The translations under genes were made by a program, and so were the position numbers. The notes under the pieces are model-generated. The model ran no database searches. It saw nothing but the letters and a program-made list of their open reading frames with translations, and was not told where the DNA came from. Shown piece by piece: positions 48,960-58,733 of a DNA stretch of 64,000 nucleotides. Origin of the DNA: Phycisphaeraceae bacterium (GTDB lineage: Bacteria; Planctomycetota; Phycisphaerae; Phycisphaerales; Phycisphaeraceae); assembly GCA_963674705.1 (NCBI GenBank), contig OY771506.1, forward strand, positions 864,001 to 928,000. The letters run 5' to 3'. Numbering within the stretch: the stretch's first letter is position 1; the number at the start of each line of letters is the position of its first letter.

Positions 48960-49684
48960 GTATCCAAGGCTCCCGCTTCTACGCCCACCGGCCGGCCGCA
49001 TGCCAAAGCCGACATCACACACACTGTCCACCGGGCAACAGCCGATAAAAACGACCGGTCGCCGGCGACAACACGATTGATACTTACACCTTGTTGACCC
49101 TGCCGATGAACATCGCCTGTGACACTTGAGCGGGTGGAACTACGAACCACGCTCCAGCCACAAGACGCCGCAAATCCTGCAGTGTCAGAACAATGCAATA
49201 TTTTACCATTTCAGTGTGTAAAAGCGAGGTTTACAGCAAAATAAGCAGCTTTCTGCCACATAACGCCTGCCAAATGCCGCAATCGGCGACCCCAACCCGA
49301 CGATGACTGGAATCGTGCAAAAACTGACCCCCAAAGCCTGTTAAGGTGGGCAAACTGGGTCGTTCGGCAGATGAACTGCCACTACGTCTATGCCCTCCCC
49401 CTGATACGCCATATCAAAGCAAAATGGAACCTTGCTTGACCTCGATCAATTGCCTTATGTGGAAACAACATCCGCATCGTTTTGAATGCTGGTTAGAAAC
49501 GCCCTTTTAACAAATCCAGGTCAGCCTATCGATGCCAAAGGCCTTATCCGGTCAAGACAGCCGGGGTTTGCTCGATTCTGTTGCAAAGACATAAACCCTG
49601 AATCTTGCCTATAATATGGGTTTGCCACGAGCTGGGCTCGGGCCGAAAAATGCCCGATCAGTATCATAGGAGTCAATACATCGA

Positions 49685-50533
49685 ATGCGTTCCAATATCG
49701 AAAAACGCAAGGTCGGGCCCATAGGTCGAAAGGTGATTACCGCAACACATCACCTCTCCTATACGCTGGCCAAGCGTTTCCCCAAAGCCATCCCGATCAC
49801 GTTCGTCGTCGGTTACCCCAAGAGCGGAACCGTATGGGCGTGCCAGATGGTTTCTGACTACCTGCAATTACCGTTCGCTGATATGTCGTACTTCCCGATC
49901 GGCTTCCCCTCAGTCATGCACGGCCACTACCGTGTCTGGCCCGACAGCCCCCCAACCGTTTATGTGGCCCGGGATGGACGCGACGCCTTGGTCTCAATGT
50001 ACTTCTACCTCTCGCGTGCGTTGCCAGAGGGCGATCACCCCAACGGGTACAAGAAAATCCCCCGCTGGCTGGATCGTTGTTTCCCGGGCGTAAAGAACCG
50101 TGAAAACGTGCGCGAGAACCTGCCTGCATTCATCGAGATGCAGATGCAGCGCCCCATGGGCTGCCGATCGAATTGGGGCGAGCACGTATCTTCGGTAGAA
50201 AAGAGTGGCCGCAACGATGTGCCGATTCTCAAGTATGAAGACATGCTCGCCGACTGCCCAGCCGCACTTAGCGCTGCGATGAAAAAACTGACCGACAAAG
50301 AGCCCGACGAAGACGCGATCAAAGCCACCGTTTGGAAGTTCTCATTTGAACGGCAGTCAGGCCGATCACGCGGCACGGAAAGCCGATCCAACTTCCTGCG
50401 CAAAGGTCAGTCCGGTGACTGGCAGAACCACTTCACCCGCGAAGCCGCGGAAGTGTTCGACCGCCACGTCGGCGAAGACCTGATCCGGCTGGGCTACGAA
50501 AACAACCGCGAGTGGGTTAAGAACTGCGGGTAA
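49685..50533 (+). CDS. PAPS-dependent sulfotransferase (SULT-like)
   Basis: 5'-PSB GYPKSGTVW, 3'-PB RDGRDALVS, C-terminal FLRKGQSGDWQNHFT. Confidence 0.9.
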   Translation: MRSNIEKRKVGPIGRKVITATHHLSYTLAKRFPKAIPITFVVGYPKSGTVWACQMVSDYLQLPFADMSYFPIGFPSVMHGHYRVWPDSPPTVYVARDGRDALVSMYFYLSRALPEGDHPNGYKKIPRWLDRCFPGVKNRENVRENLPAFIEMQMQRPMGCRSNWGEHVSSVEKSGRNDVPILKYEDMLADCPAALSAAMKKLTDKEPDEDAIKATVWKFSFERQSGRSRGTESRSNFLRKGQSGDWQNHFTREAAEVFDRHVGEDLIRLGYENNREWVKNCG

Positions 50534-50584
50534 CATCAAACCTTTTGAGCAATCCGTCCGGGTAGTCTCGGAGCATCCTTCATA

Positions 50585-51754
50585 ATGCGTATCCTTCACG
50601 TCATCAGCAGCCTCGACCCCAAGGACGGCGGCCCCCCGAAGATCGCAGCCTGTATCGCTTCGGCGCAGGCGGCGATGGGCCACGATGTGCATCTGCTGAC
50701 CGAGTCGGAAGCCGGCCGAGAGGAATACGTGCGTCACCTGCTTGACGCAGTTCCGGGCATCGATCGGGTGAAGCTCCAGCAAGTCCCGAAGAACGGCGAA
50801 TGGCGCTGGCTGCTGGACCCGGAGAAAAAACGCATCGCCAGGGACGCCGTGTCCCAAGTGGACGCGGTGCATCTGCACAACGTCTGGAACCCGATCCTGA
50901 TCGCTGCCGGCAAAGCCTGCCGTAAACTGAATAAACCCTACCTCATCCTGCTCAACGGCATGCTCGATCCGTGGAGCCTCAGCCAGAAAGCACTGAAAAA
51001 GAAACTCGCGATCGCGCTGGTCTACAAAAAACTCTACAACGGCGCAGCAGCGCTGCACCTGGGTAACACGCATGAGCGGGAACTGATCAAACCGCTAGGC
51101 CTCACCGCCCGAGGCGAGATCATCCCCAACGGCGTATTCGAAGAGGACCTGCACGACCTGCCGGCTAAAGGCACCTTCTACAAGATGCACCCGGAGTTGC
51201 ATGACCTGCCGTTCATCCTGTTCATGAGCAGGCTTCATTACAAAAAGGGTCTGGACTACCTGGCCGACGCTTTCGCCGTCTTCGCCGAATCGAACAACGA
51301 AGCGCATCTCGTCGTCGCCGGCCCGGAGGAGGGTGCGGGCGATGCCTTCAAGGAACAGATCGCCAACGCAGGCCTGACGGATCGCGTACACGTCATCGGC
51401 CCGATCCACGGCGAAGAAAAACGCGCCGCACTCGTTGACGCAACCTGCTTCTGCCTGCCCAGCCGACAGGAAGGCTTCAGCGTCGCCATCACCGAGGCAA
51501 TCGGGCACGGTGTTCCCGCAGTCATCACCGAAGGCTGCCACTTCCCCGAGGTCGAAACAGAAGGCGCAGGCCGCGTGCTTCCTCTGGATGCCAAAAGGGT
51601 CGGCCACGCACTGATCGAAGTGATGTCCGACCCGGGTTTGCGGCAGCAGATGTCCGAGAAGGGCCGGGCGCTTGCTTTGGGCCGCTACACCTGGCCGAAA
51701 GTCGCCCAGCAGACCGTCGGCATTTACGAGTCCGCATTGAAACAGAAGCGTTAA
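50585..51754 (+). CDS. GT4 glycosyltransferase
   Basis: MRILHVISSLDPKDGGP, IIPNG, LFMSRLHYKKGLD, LPSRQEGFSVAITEA. Confidence 0.93.
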   Translation: MRILHVISSLDPKDGGPPKIAACIASAQAAMGHDVHLLTESEAGREEYVRHLLDAVPGIDRVKLQQVPKNGEWRWLLDPEKKRIARDAVSQVDAVHLHNVWNPILIAAGKACRKLNKPYLILLNGMLDPWSLSQKALKKKLAIALVYKKLYNGAAALHLGNTHERELIKPLGLTARGEIIPNGVFEEDLHDLPAKGTFYKMHPELHDLPFILFMSRLHYKKGLDYLADAFAVFAESNNEAHLVVAGPEEGAGDAFKEQIANAGLTDRVHVIGPIHGEEKRAALVDATCFCLPSRQEGFSVAITEAIGHGVPAVITEGCHFPEVETEGAGRVLPLDAKRVGHALIEVMSDPGLRQQMSEKGRALALGRYTWPKVAQQTVGIYESALKQKR

Positions 51755-51769
51755 CGGCGGCAACTCACC

Positions 51770-52948
51770 ATGAAGATCCTGCACGTGATCGGCACGCTTG
51801 ATGCAACCACGGGCGGGCCACCGGTGGTGGTCGCGTGCCTCGCCGTAGCACAGCAACAACTCGGGCACGACGTCTCCATCGCCTGCTGCCCCCCGCCGAA
51901 CGGACCCGAAGCTGAAAATAAGTTATTGTCGAGCGTAGCCGGCGCAGATGAATTAACCATCCATCACGTCCCAGACTCTCAAGGTCTCGATCGCTTCCTC
52001 GGCCGCGCAGCGCGCGAGCAATTAACGCCACTGATAAAAACCTGCGACATCGTGCACCTGCACGGTGTATGGGAAGCGATCCTCGTCGCAGCACAGCGCA
52101 GCGCCAAACAAATCGGCAAACCATACGTGATCGCGCCGCACGGCATGCTCGATCCGTGGAGTCTCAGCCAAGGCAAACTCAAGAAAACGCTCGCAATCAA
52201 ACTCTGGTTCGCCCGACTCTGGCGTCACGCGGCGTTCATCCACACGCTCAACCAGGATGAAGCCCGGCTCATCGATCAACTCGGTTTAGATGTGCCCACC
52301 AAAATCATCCCCAACGGCATATTCCTTGATTCGATCGACCCGCCGCAAGCGCCCGGCCAGTTCCGCGCCGCTCATCCTGAACTCGGTAACGATCCATACA
52401 TCCTGTTCCTGAGCCGCCTGCACTACAAGAAAGGCCTGGACTACCTCGCCGACATCTTTAAACGCGTAGCCGAAACCGAACCGCAAATGCGACTCGTCGT
52501 CGCCGGACCCGATGAAGGCGCGCGCAGCGACTTCGAACAACGCATCCACTCCGCAAATCTGGACAAGCGCGTTCACGTGGTCGGCCCGATCTACGGCCGG
52601 CAGAAGTATCAGGCCATGGTCGATGCGCTGTGTTTCTGCCTGCCCAGCCGACAGGAAGGTTTCAGTATGGCGATCACTGAAGCGCTGGCCTGCGGCGCCC
52701 CGGCGGTCATCAGCGAAACCTGCCACTTCCCGGAAGTCGGCTCGCAGCAAGCGGGTTACGTCTTACCGTTGGACCCCAGGCGTTTTGCCGAGGCCATCCT
52801 CAAGCTGCACCGCGATCCAGCCGAACGGGAAATGATGGGCCGCAACGGGGCGGCGATGGTCAGGCAGCGTTACACCTGGCCGCGGATCGCCGAGCAATCC
52901 GTCCAGGCCTACGCAAGCGTTTTGTCCACCAACAAATCGCCCGGTTGA
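51770..52948 (+). CDS. GT4 glycosyltransferase (paralog of the preceding gene)
   Basis: MKILHVIGTLDATTGGP, LFLSRLHYKKGLD, LPSRQEGFSMAITEA. Confidence 0.93.
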   Translation: MKILHVIGTLDATTGGPPVVVACLAVAQQQLGHDVSIACCPPPNGPEAENKLLSSVAGADELTIHHVPDSQGLDRFLGRAAREQLTPLIKTCDIVHLHGVWEAILVAAQRSAKQIGKPYVIAPHGMLDPWSLSQGKLKKTLAIKLWFARLWRHAAFIHTLNQDEARLIDQLGLDVPTKIIPNGIFLDSIDPPQAPGQFRAAHPELGNDPYILFLSRLHYKKGLDYLADIFKRVAETEPQMRLVVAGPDEGARSDFEQRIHSANLDKRVHVVGPIYGRQKYQAMVDALCFCLPSRQEGFSMAITEALACGAPAVISETCHFPEVGSQQAGYVLPLDPRRFAEAILKLHRDPAEREMMGRNGAAMVRQRYTWPRIAEQSVQAYASVLSTNKSPG

Positions 52949-53083
52949 ACCATGCTTGTACGAATAACGGTGACAACCCACCAGCCATCGGCTACGATAA
53001 TTGGCTGGCTTCAGACAAGACCGGGGCTTGAATTCTCGATACGCCCGGATGTAGTACGCAACTAAGATTTAGAGGAAATTGAC

Positions 53084-53980
53084 GTGTCACGCCTGCCGGA
53101 CTTCTTAATTATTGGCGCAATGAAGTCGGGAACCACCACGCTGTTCCACGACCTGGCCACACACCCCCGCGTGTTTTTCCCCATACACAAGGAACTGGGA
53201 TTCAGCATCAACCTGACCCAGCCCAAGATCCTGACCCAAGAGGGCCGCGCCGAATACGGTCAGTTTTTCGTTAAGGCCGACGACGATCAGTTAGTCGGTG
53301 AAGCGTCCACGGTTTACACCAAACGCCCCACCTTTGAAGATACCCCCAAACGAGCCCTGGAACTGCTGGGCCCGAACATCAAGCTGCTGTACATCATCCG
53401 CGAACCGATCAAGCGATTGATCAGCCATTACCACCACGAACTGTTCCGCGAAGTGATAAGCGATCCGATCGAGGAAGAACTGCCACGGCACCCGGAGATG
53501 GTCCAGTACAGTCTCTACGCGATGCAATTGGAACCCTGGATCGAAACCTTCGGCCGCGAGTCACTCAAGGTGATCCGCTTCGAGGATTACGTGGCCGACC
53601 GCTACGCCGGTTGTGCCGCGGCACTTGAACACCTGGGCCTTGACCCGGGCAAGCTCTCGCTGGATATCGAAACCGCGCACAACCAGACGCAGGGCAAGCC
53701 GCTTTCCAAAGGTTGGGCCTTCCGGCTATCAAGAACCCCGGTCTATGAAAAATTCGTCAGGCCCATGATCTCGATGGACACACGAAAGAAGCTGCAAAAG
53801 CTCCTGCTGCCCAAGGCCAAGAAACCCGAAACCGCGCTCAGCCAGGCGACGATCGATCGGCTCGTTAAAGAATTGGGCGATGACCAGGAACGCCTCCGAG
53901 TACTGCTCGGCCTCGAGGCGCCCTTGTGGGACTTGCCGAAGATCTATTCGAAAGACAAAAACAAACCAAACGTTGCCTGA
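53084..53980 (+). CDS. Sulfotransferase (heparan-sulfate ST-like family)
   Basis: LPDFLIIGAMKSGTTTL, GEASTVY, IIREPIKRLISHY. Confidence 0.9.
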   Translation: MSRLPDFLIIGAMKSGTTTLFHDLATHPRVFFPIHKELGFSINLTQPKILTQEGRAEYGQFFVKADDDQLVGEASTVYTKRPTFEDTPKRALELLGPNIKLLYIIREPIKRLISHYHHELFREVISDPIEEELPRHPEMVQYSLYAMQLEPWIETFGRESLKVIRFEDYVADRYAGCAAALEHLGLDPGKLSLDIETAHNQTQGKPLSKGWAFRLSRTPVYEKFVRPMISMDTRKKLQKLLLPKAKKPETALSQATIDRLVKELGDDQERLRVLLGLEAPLWDLPKIYSKDKNKPNVA

Positions 53981-54009
53981 GTGTCAAGGCCGTTAACCCA
54001 TTCGATAAG

Positions 54010-54040
54010 AAACGGAAGCCAACGGCAGGCTTCCGTTTTT
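54010..54040. terminator. Intrinsic terminator between convergent genes
   Basis: AAACGGAAGCC-N7-GGCTTCCGTTTTT. Confidence 0.8.
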
Positions 54041-54047
54041 GTTGGAA

Positions 54048-55628
54048 TCACTCGGGTTGTTCCCCGTTGGTCATACCCGCCTTACGCTTCAACATCCCGA
54101 GGATGCGCGCCCGCTCCTGAGGCTTTAAGACATAGAGCGCCGCGACCAGCAGGTAGGCCCCGCCATATGCGCCCAGCGCAATCGCCAGCTTGATGAGGTT
54201 CCAGTCTTCAAACATATACTTGAATGCAAACAGGATCACCATACACACGAGCGACCCGATAAGCGGCCTCAGTAACGGCCGATAGACTTCAACAATACTC
54301 ATCTGAAGTATCCGCGACACCGCCACACCCATCCAGACGCCGTTGAACAACACCAGTGTGGCCGCGTATGCCCAGGATACGCCGTAGATACGCACCGATT
54401 CGGGCAGCACAAACAGCAGGAAAATAGCACCGATCGGATTGCATATACCACTGATGATGATGATCCAGACGTAACGCCTGACATGCCCCGCGCCATACAG
54501 CACGCGCATCCAGCTATCCGAGATGCTGCGGCAGGCGACACCGATCATCAGGATGCGGATGATGTTCGAGGCAAGTGGGATGGTTTCGGTGGGGTTTTCA
54601 ATCCGCCCGTGAAGCCAGACATACATGATGGGCTCGCACAGCACGATCATCGCTATCGCCGAGGGAAACGTGACCAACGCGTGCAACATGGATGATTGCT
54701 GGTTGAACCGGCGGACCGCGTTGTCGCCGGCGGTCGAGGCGTGCCTGGCCGCCACCGCATCAGCGCCGAACGTCATACCCTGCGCGATCATCCGCACGTA
54801 GCTTGCCATCTGCACCGCCAGGCCGAACACCAGGTTGCCCAGCAGGCCGAACGCCAGGTTCATGATGAACGCATCGAGGCGGAAGTGCAGGTTCACCGCC
54901 GCAACCACGCATGTATTCCATCCGCCTGTCGTGACGATATCACGCGCAGCGGCGCGCGTCATCGCGTGGGGCGAAGGTATCAGCGAACGGTCTTTGAGAA
55001 CCATGAACCCCACAAACACCGCATAGATCACCACGGTGGCGATGGAAGTCAGCCACCCAAAGACGATCACGCCCCAAGCGGGGTCTTCAGGAATCCACCA
55101 GAGCACGACCAAAGCGGCAAGTACGAGCGATAAGCGTTGCAGGATCGAATACGAATGGAACGCAAACATGCGCTCGCTGATCAGCAGCATGTTGAATTGC
55201 GGCGCGAGCACGATGTTAAACGTCGTGCTGATGGCCCGGGCGATCAGGAACCACCTCGCGGCCACAAGCAGTTCATCCGGGATCGACAGCCACGGCAAAG
55301 CCAGATAGACCCCGGTGAACATGATGATGCTCGCCAGCGCCATCAATGCCGACACCAGCGTGGCCGAGCTTAATACAACCTTGAACTCTTGCGGATTATC
55401 ACTGTGATACGCGACGCCAAGCTCTCGCACGAGGCTGCTGCGGATGATCTCTTCGAACATCGCCGCCAACCCCACGGTCGAACCAAGCAGCAGGATCATG
55501 CCTTGCGCATCATTGCCCACCGCGCGCAGCAGGATGCGCACCAGGAACAGGCCAAACACCAGCGTCGCCACCAGCCGGGTGTAATTCGCCAGGATACGGA
55601 GGAGGCTGCGCTTAGCTTCGGCGGACAT
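54048..55628 (-). CDS. wzx: Wzx-type polysaccharide flippase
   Basis: About 12-14 TM segments with MOP-exporter-like layout, inside a glycosyltransferase cluster. Confidence 0.75.
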   Translation of the reverse strand: MSAEAKRSLLRILANYTRLVATLVFGLFLVRILLRAVGNDAQGMILLLGSTVGLAAMFEEIIRSSLVRELGVAYHSDNPQEFKVVLSSATLVSALMALASIIMFTGVYLALPWLSIPDELLVAARWFLIARAISTTFNIVLAPQFNMLLISERMFAFHSYSILQRLSLVLAALVVLWWIPEDPAWGVIVFGWLTSIATVVIYAVFVGFMVLKDRSLIPSPHAMTRAAARDIVTTGGWNTCVVAAVNLHFRLDAFIMNLAFGLLGNLVFGLAVQMASYVRMIAQGMTFGADAVAARHASTAGDNAVRRFNQQSSMLHALVTFPSAIAMIVLCEPIMYVWLHGRIENPTETIPLASNIIRILMIGVACRSISDSWMRVLYGAGHVRRYVWIIIISGICNPIGAIFLLFVLPESVRIYGVSWAYAATLVLFNGVWMGVAVSRILQMSIVEVYRPLLRPLIGSLVCMVILFAFKYMFEDWNLIKLAIALGAYGGAYLLVAALYVLKPQERARILGMLKRKAGMTNGEQPE

Positions 55629-55813
55629 GGAAAATCCACATGAGGGGTTTAATGACAACGATCGCCGGGATTACCGGCAAACGGTCCGGCGTGAGGTAAA
55701 GACACCGGGCAACATCAGGAACATATACGGGCGTCTCTACTGCATTGTTCTTCAATGAGGTTTTTGCCTTTCACGGCAGGCGCCCGCTCGCTCCGTGCCG
55801 CGAGCAGCCCCGG

Positions 55814-57172
55814 CTATCCCGTGGCGTGTAAACGCCTGTCGAACTGCATGACGATTGAGTGGCCGCCAATCAGCTTGGAAAATACCAGCAATATCAGGTA
55901 GGCGCTGACGACCGCATAAACAATCTGCATGTAGAACAATGCAATATCCCCGCGCGACAAACCCGTCAGCGTACCCAGGGACGCACCGACCGCAAGAACC
56001 ACCAGCGGTTGATAATAATGCATCCACACCAGGTTCTGAAGAAACCGGATACTCATCGAGAAAAAGATCGCGTAGATAATGACCGCATAAAGACCCCCCT
56101 CGGCCGCGGCAAACCCGATCACGCCGGGCGGCAGGGTCACCCCCTGTTCACCCAACGCACGGTTCAGATTCGCCTTCTTGATCTTCGCCTGATACGCGAT
56201 CAACGCACTGTAGACATAGGGTTTGTTCGGCCAGAACATTCTGGGGATGTTGGAGGCCGGGATATAGTAGAGTGAAAACAGCGGGCGGTAGGCGATGTTT
56301 TCCGGATAGTTTTCGATTGTCCAGAAGGTGGCCGCCCCGACCGTCTGGCCCCCGAGCGTATCGATGATCCCTTCTTTGATGTCGATGTTGGCCGGGTTCA
56401 CGATATCCTGAACAATCTGGATGGACGTCTTTTCGCGGAAGTCCTGCGTTCGCACGGAGGTGTAAACCGCCAGCAAGATAAACGGGGGCACCAACAGTAT
56501 CGCAAGCAACGCAAAACTGCGAGTCGGTCGCATGTACCGCATACGGCTGTAAAACAATCCCCACAACAACGCGATCAACACTGCAAGCAGAATGCGACGG
56601 CTCATCTGCTGATAAATCGCGATAAGCATGTCGACCATCACGACAACGCCCCCCATCATCCATAATCCCACATTCAGAGGCCGACGCCCTACCACCCAGC
56701 CGATACAACCCGCCGATACCGAGACGAAGGCCGTCGATGCATAAATCGAAATGACGCCGATGACCGGGATCACTGCCGCTAAACGAAAGGGCACGGCCAG
56801 AAACATCAGCGCCACCGCCATGATCAGAAGACCGCCGTCGGTCGGCATGGTCTTGGCAACCGGCACCATCCGGCTCAATTGAAGCATGGGCCAGGTGCGG
56901 GAATAGGTAAATAAAAAGACGGCGAAGAAAACGGTGATATAAATGCAGTAAGTAAACGCAGATTTATTGATGTTCTGGACCGTGAACGGTTCGGTCACAT
57001 CCGTGAGCAATACGAGGATCGGACTGACCAGCAGGTAGATGATGGCGCCGACAAGATAAAGATTACGCAGGCTTATGATCTCGTGGGTGTTTCTAAAATG
57101 TTGAACGATCATCATCGTCAACAACGCGACGACCCAACCGATCAAATAGATTGCCATCAAACCGCTACTCAT
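55814..57172 (-). CDS. wzy: Wzy-like oligosaccharide repeat-unit polymerase
   Basis: About 11 TM segments, SRR motif, periplasmic loop with IPRMFWPNKP, C-terminal SRGD. Confidence 0.7.
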   Translation of the reverse strand: MSSGLMAIYLIGWVVALLTMMIVQHFRNTHEIISLRNLYLVGAIIYLLVSPILVLLTDVTEPFTVQNINKSAFTYCIYITVFFAVFLFTYSRTWPMLQLSRMVPVAKTMPTDGGLLIMAVALMFLAVPFRLAAVIPVIGVISIYASTAFVSVSAGCIGWVVGRRPLNVGLWMMGGVVVMVDMLIAIYQQMSRRILLAVLIALLWGLFYSRMRYMRPTRSFALLAILLVPPFILLAVYTSVRTQDFREKTSIQIVQDIVNPANIDIKEGIIDTLGGQTVGAATFWTIENYPENIAYRPLFSLYYIPASNIPRMFWPNKPYVYSALIAYQAKIKKANLNRALGEQGVTLPPGVIGFAAAEGGLYAVIIYAIFFSMSIRFLQNLVWMHYYQPLVVLAVGASLGTLTGLSRGDIALFYMQIVYAVVSAYLILLVFSKLIGGHSIVMQFDRRLHATG

Positions 57173-57351
57173 TACCGGCTCCCAACTTGTGGCGCATTGC
57201 TGCGGCCTGAATGCACCCAATTATCCCACGTTAAGTATGATCGGAGAGATACTGATCGGAGTCAATTGGACCGAGAAAAACAGCCTGTAAGACGGCTTTG
57301 AAGCCTTAATGAACTGACTGTGCTCAAGGTGTAATAACTGTAAATAAAACA

Positions 57352-58026
57352 TTATCCGGCATCTTCCGACATACTCGAATATTCCGGGTCTCTTGAACGA
57401 GCCTGCTCCAGGTGTTCATCCCGCATCGGCTTGAGCGTGGCAGGGATACCGACCGCGATGTGCGCCGGGGGAACATACCCGTTCACCACCGCCCGCGCCG
57501 CTACGATCGTGTCTTCCGCAACCACCGCCCCACGGATCAATAGCGCCCCGCTGTTAAGCTGGGCCCGGTCACCCACGATACCGGACTTGCCCTGGTCCTC
57601 CGGCATAATGTGAACGATCTCAACACCCTGCCGCAGCCTGACGTACTTACCCAGCTTGGCCCGGCTGTTCAAAACGATCCCAAGCGGGTGCGGCACCCAA
57701 AGCGCCGGGCCGATCTTCACCGAACACGGGATCAGGCAGTGGTACCAGTGGTAAATAATCTTCTCAATCACAATACAAACGGGATACAGCCGGAATTTAT
57801 GACAGAACGCGCCCAGGCGATACAGCGCCACCATGTGGAACCCACTTGATAATAGCGCCGCGACCAGCAACCGCAATACGTAACGCCACAACGGCGCGTT
57901 CTTGCGCGGGTGCGTGTGGATACATAAATCCTCGATAAGACCGCTGAACGTCACGGGCGCCGCCATCTGGATCGGCGGATGGTCCTCGGACGCGTTCTCC
58001 GCGGCCTGACTGCTACCTTCATTCAT
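57352..58026 (-). CDS. CysE/WcaB-like left-handed beta-helix acetyltransferase
   Basis: VALYRL, KIGPALWVPHPLGIVL, LRQGV, IAVGIPA. Confidence 0.8.
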   Translation of the reverse strand: MNEGSSQAAENASEDHPPIQMAAPVTFSGLIEDLCIHTHPRKNAPLWRYVLRLLVAALLSSGFHMVALYRLGAFCHKFRLYPVCIVIEKIIYHWYHCLIPCSVKIGPALWVPHPLGIVLNSRAKLGKYVRLRQGVEIVHIMPEDQGKSGIVGDRAQLNSGALLIRGAVVAEDTIVAARAVVNGYVPPAHIAVGIPATLKPMRDEHLEQARSRDPEYSSMSEDAG

Positions 58027-58148
58027 AAGTCATTCCCTGCCCAATCAACACGCATACATCAGGCTATTCAATGCGAACGTGATCGTACAACACGCCTTCT
58101 TTACTTCGGCAACACCGGATTGGTTCATGTGACGCGTGTGTTAACGGC

Positions 58149-58733
58149 TTATCTCGGTTCCAACGGCCTGGCCGGGCTGCCCGCGACCAGCGCTTTGGCC
58201 GGCACGTCACGGAACACACTGCAACGCGCACCGAGCACCGCACCATCACCTATATTCACACCGCTGCCCACGAACACATCCGCCGCAAGCCAGCAGTCCC
58301 GACCCACCGTGATCGGCTGGCCGATGATCGGCATGTCACGCTTCTCGTACTCATGCGTCGCCGTACACAAATGCGACAACTGGCTGATCCGTGTCGCCGA
58401 CCCGATCCGCAGCGGCGCCTGGCAATCCAATATCACATCATGCATCACCACAACCCCACGCTCGATTGTGAGATTCCAGGGATGGATGATCCTGACGTGC
58501 GGATGGATCTTTACGGTCGCATGCACCTTCGCGCCGAACCGCCGCAGCACCCACAGCCGCCAGCCGTTGGCCGAAACCGGGCTTGGCTGAAGCAACAATC
58601 GCTGTACCCACCGCCAGGCAAAATCCGCCAGCTTCGCTCCACTGGTCAGTTCGCGAAACACACGATTCCGCGGCTCCGGCACGATCGTGGTGACCGGTTC
58701 GCGTTCGGGTTGTGCTGCACCGGAGTCGATCAC
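58149..58733 (-). CDS. WcaF-like O-acetyltransferase
   Basis: LRRFGAKV, PWNLTI, SQLSHLCTATH, WLAADVFVG, VAGSPAR. Confidence 0.88.
   Translation of the reverse strand: MIDSGAAQPEREPVTTIVPEPRNRVFRELTSGAKLADFAWRWVQRLLLQPSPVSANGWRLWVLRRFGAKVHATVKIHPHVRIIHPWNLTIERGVVVMHDVILDCQAPLRIGSATRISQLSHLCTATHEYEKRDMPIIGQPITVGRDCWLAADVFVGSGVNIGDGAVLGARCSVFRDVPAKALVAGSPARPLEPR

Noticed and set aside
49425..49440. sigma54 promoter TGGAAC-N5-TTGA
   Set aside because: The conserved -12 GC is absent; no supporting evidence.
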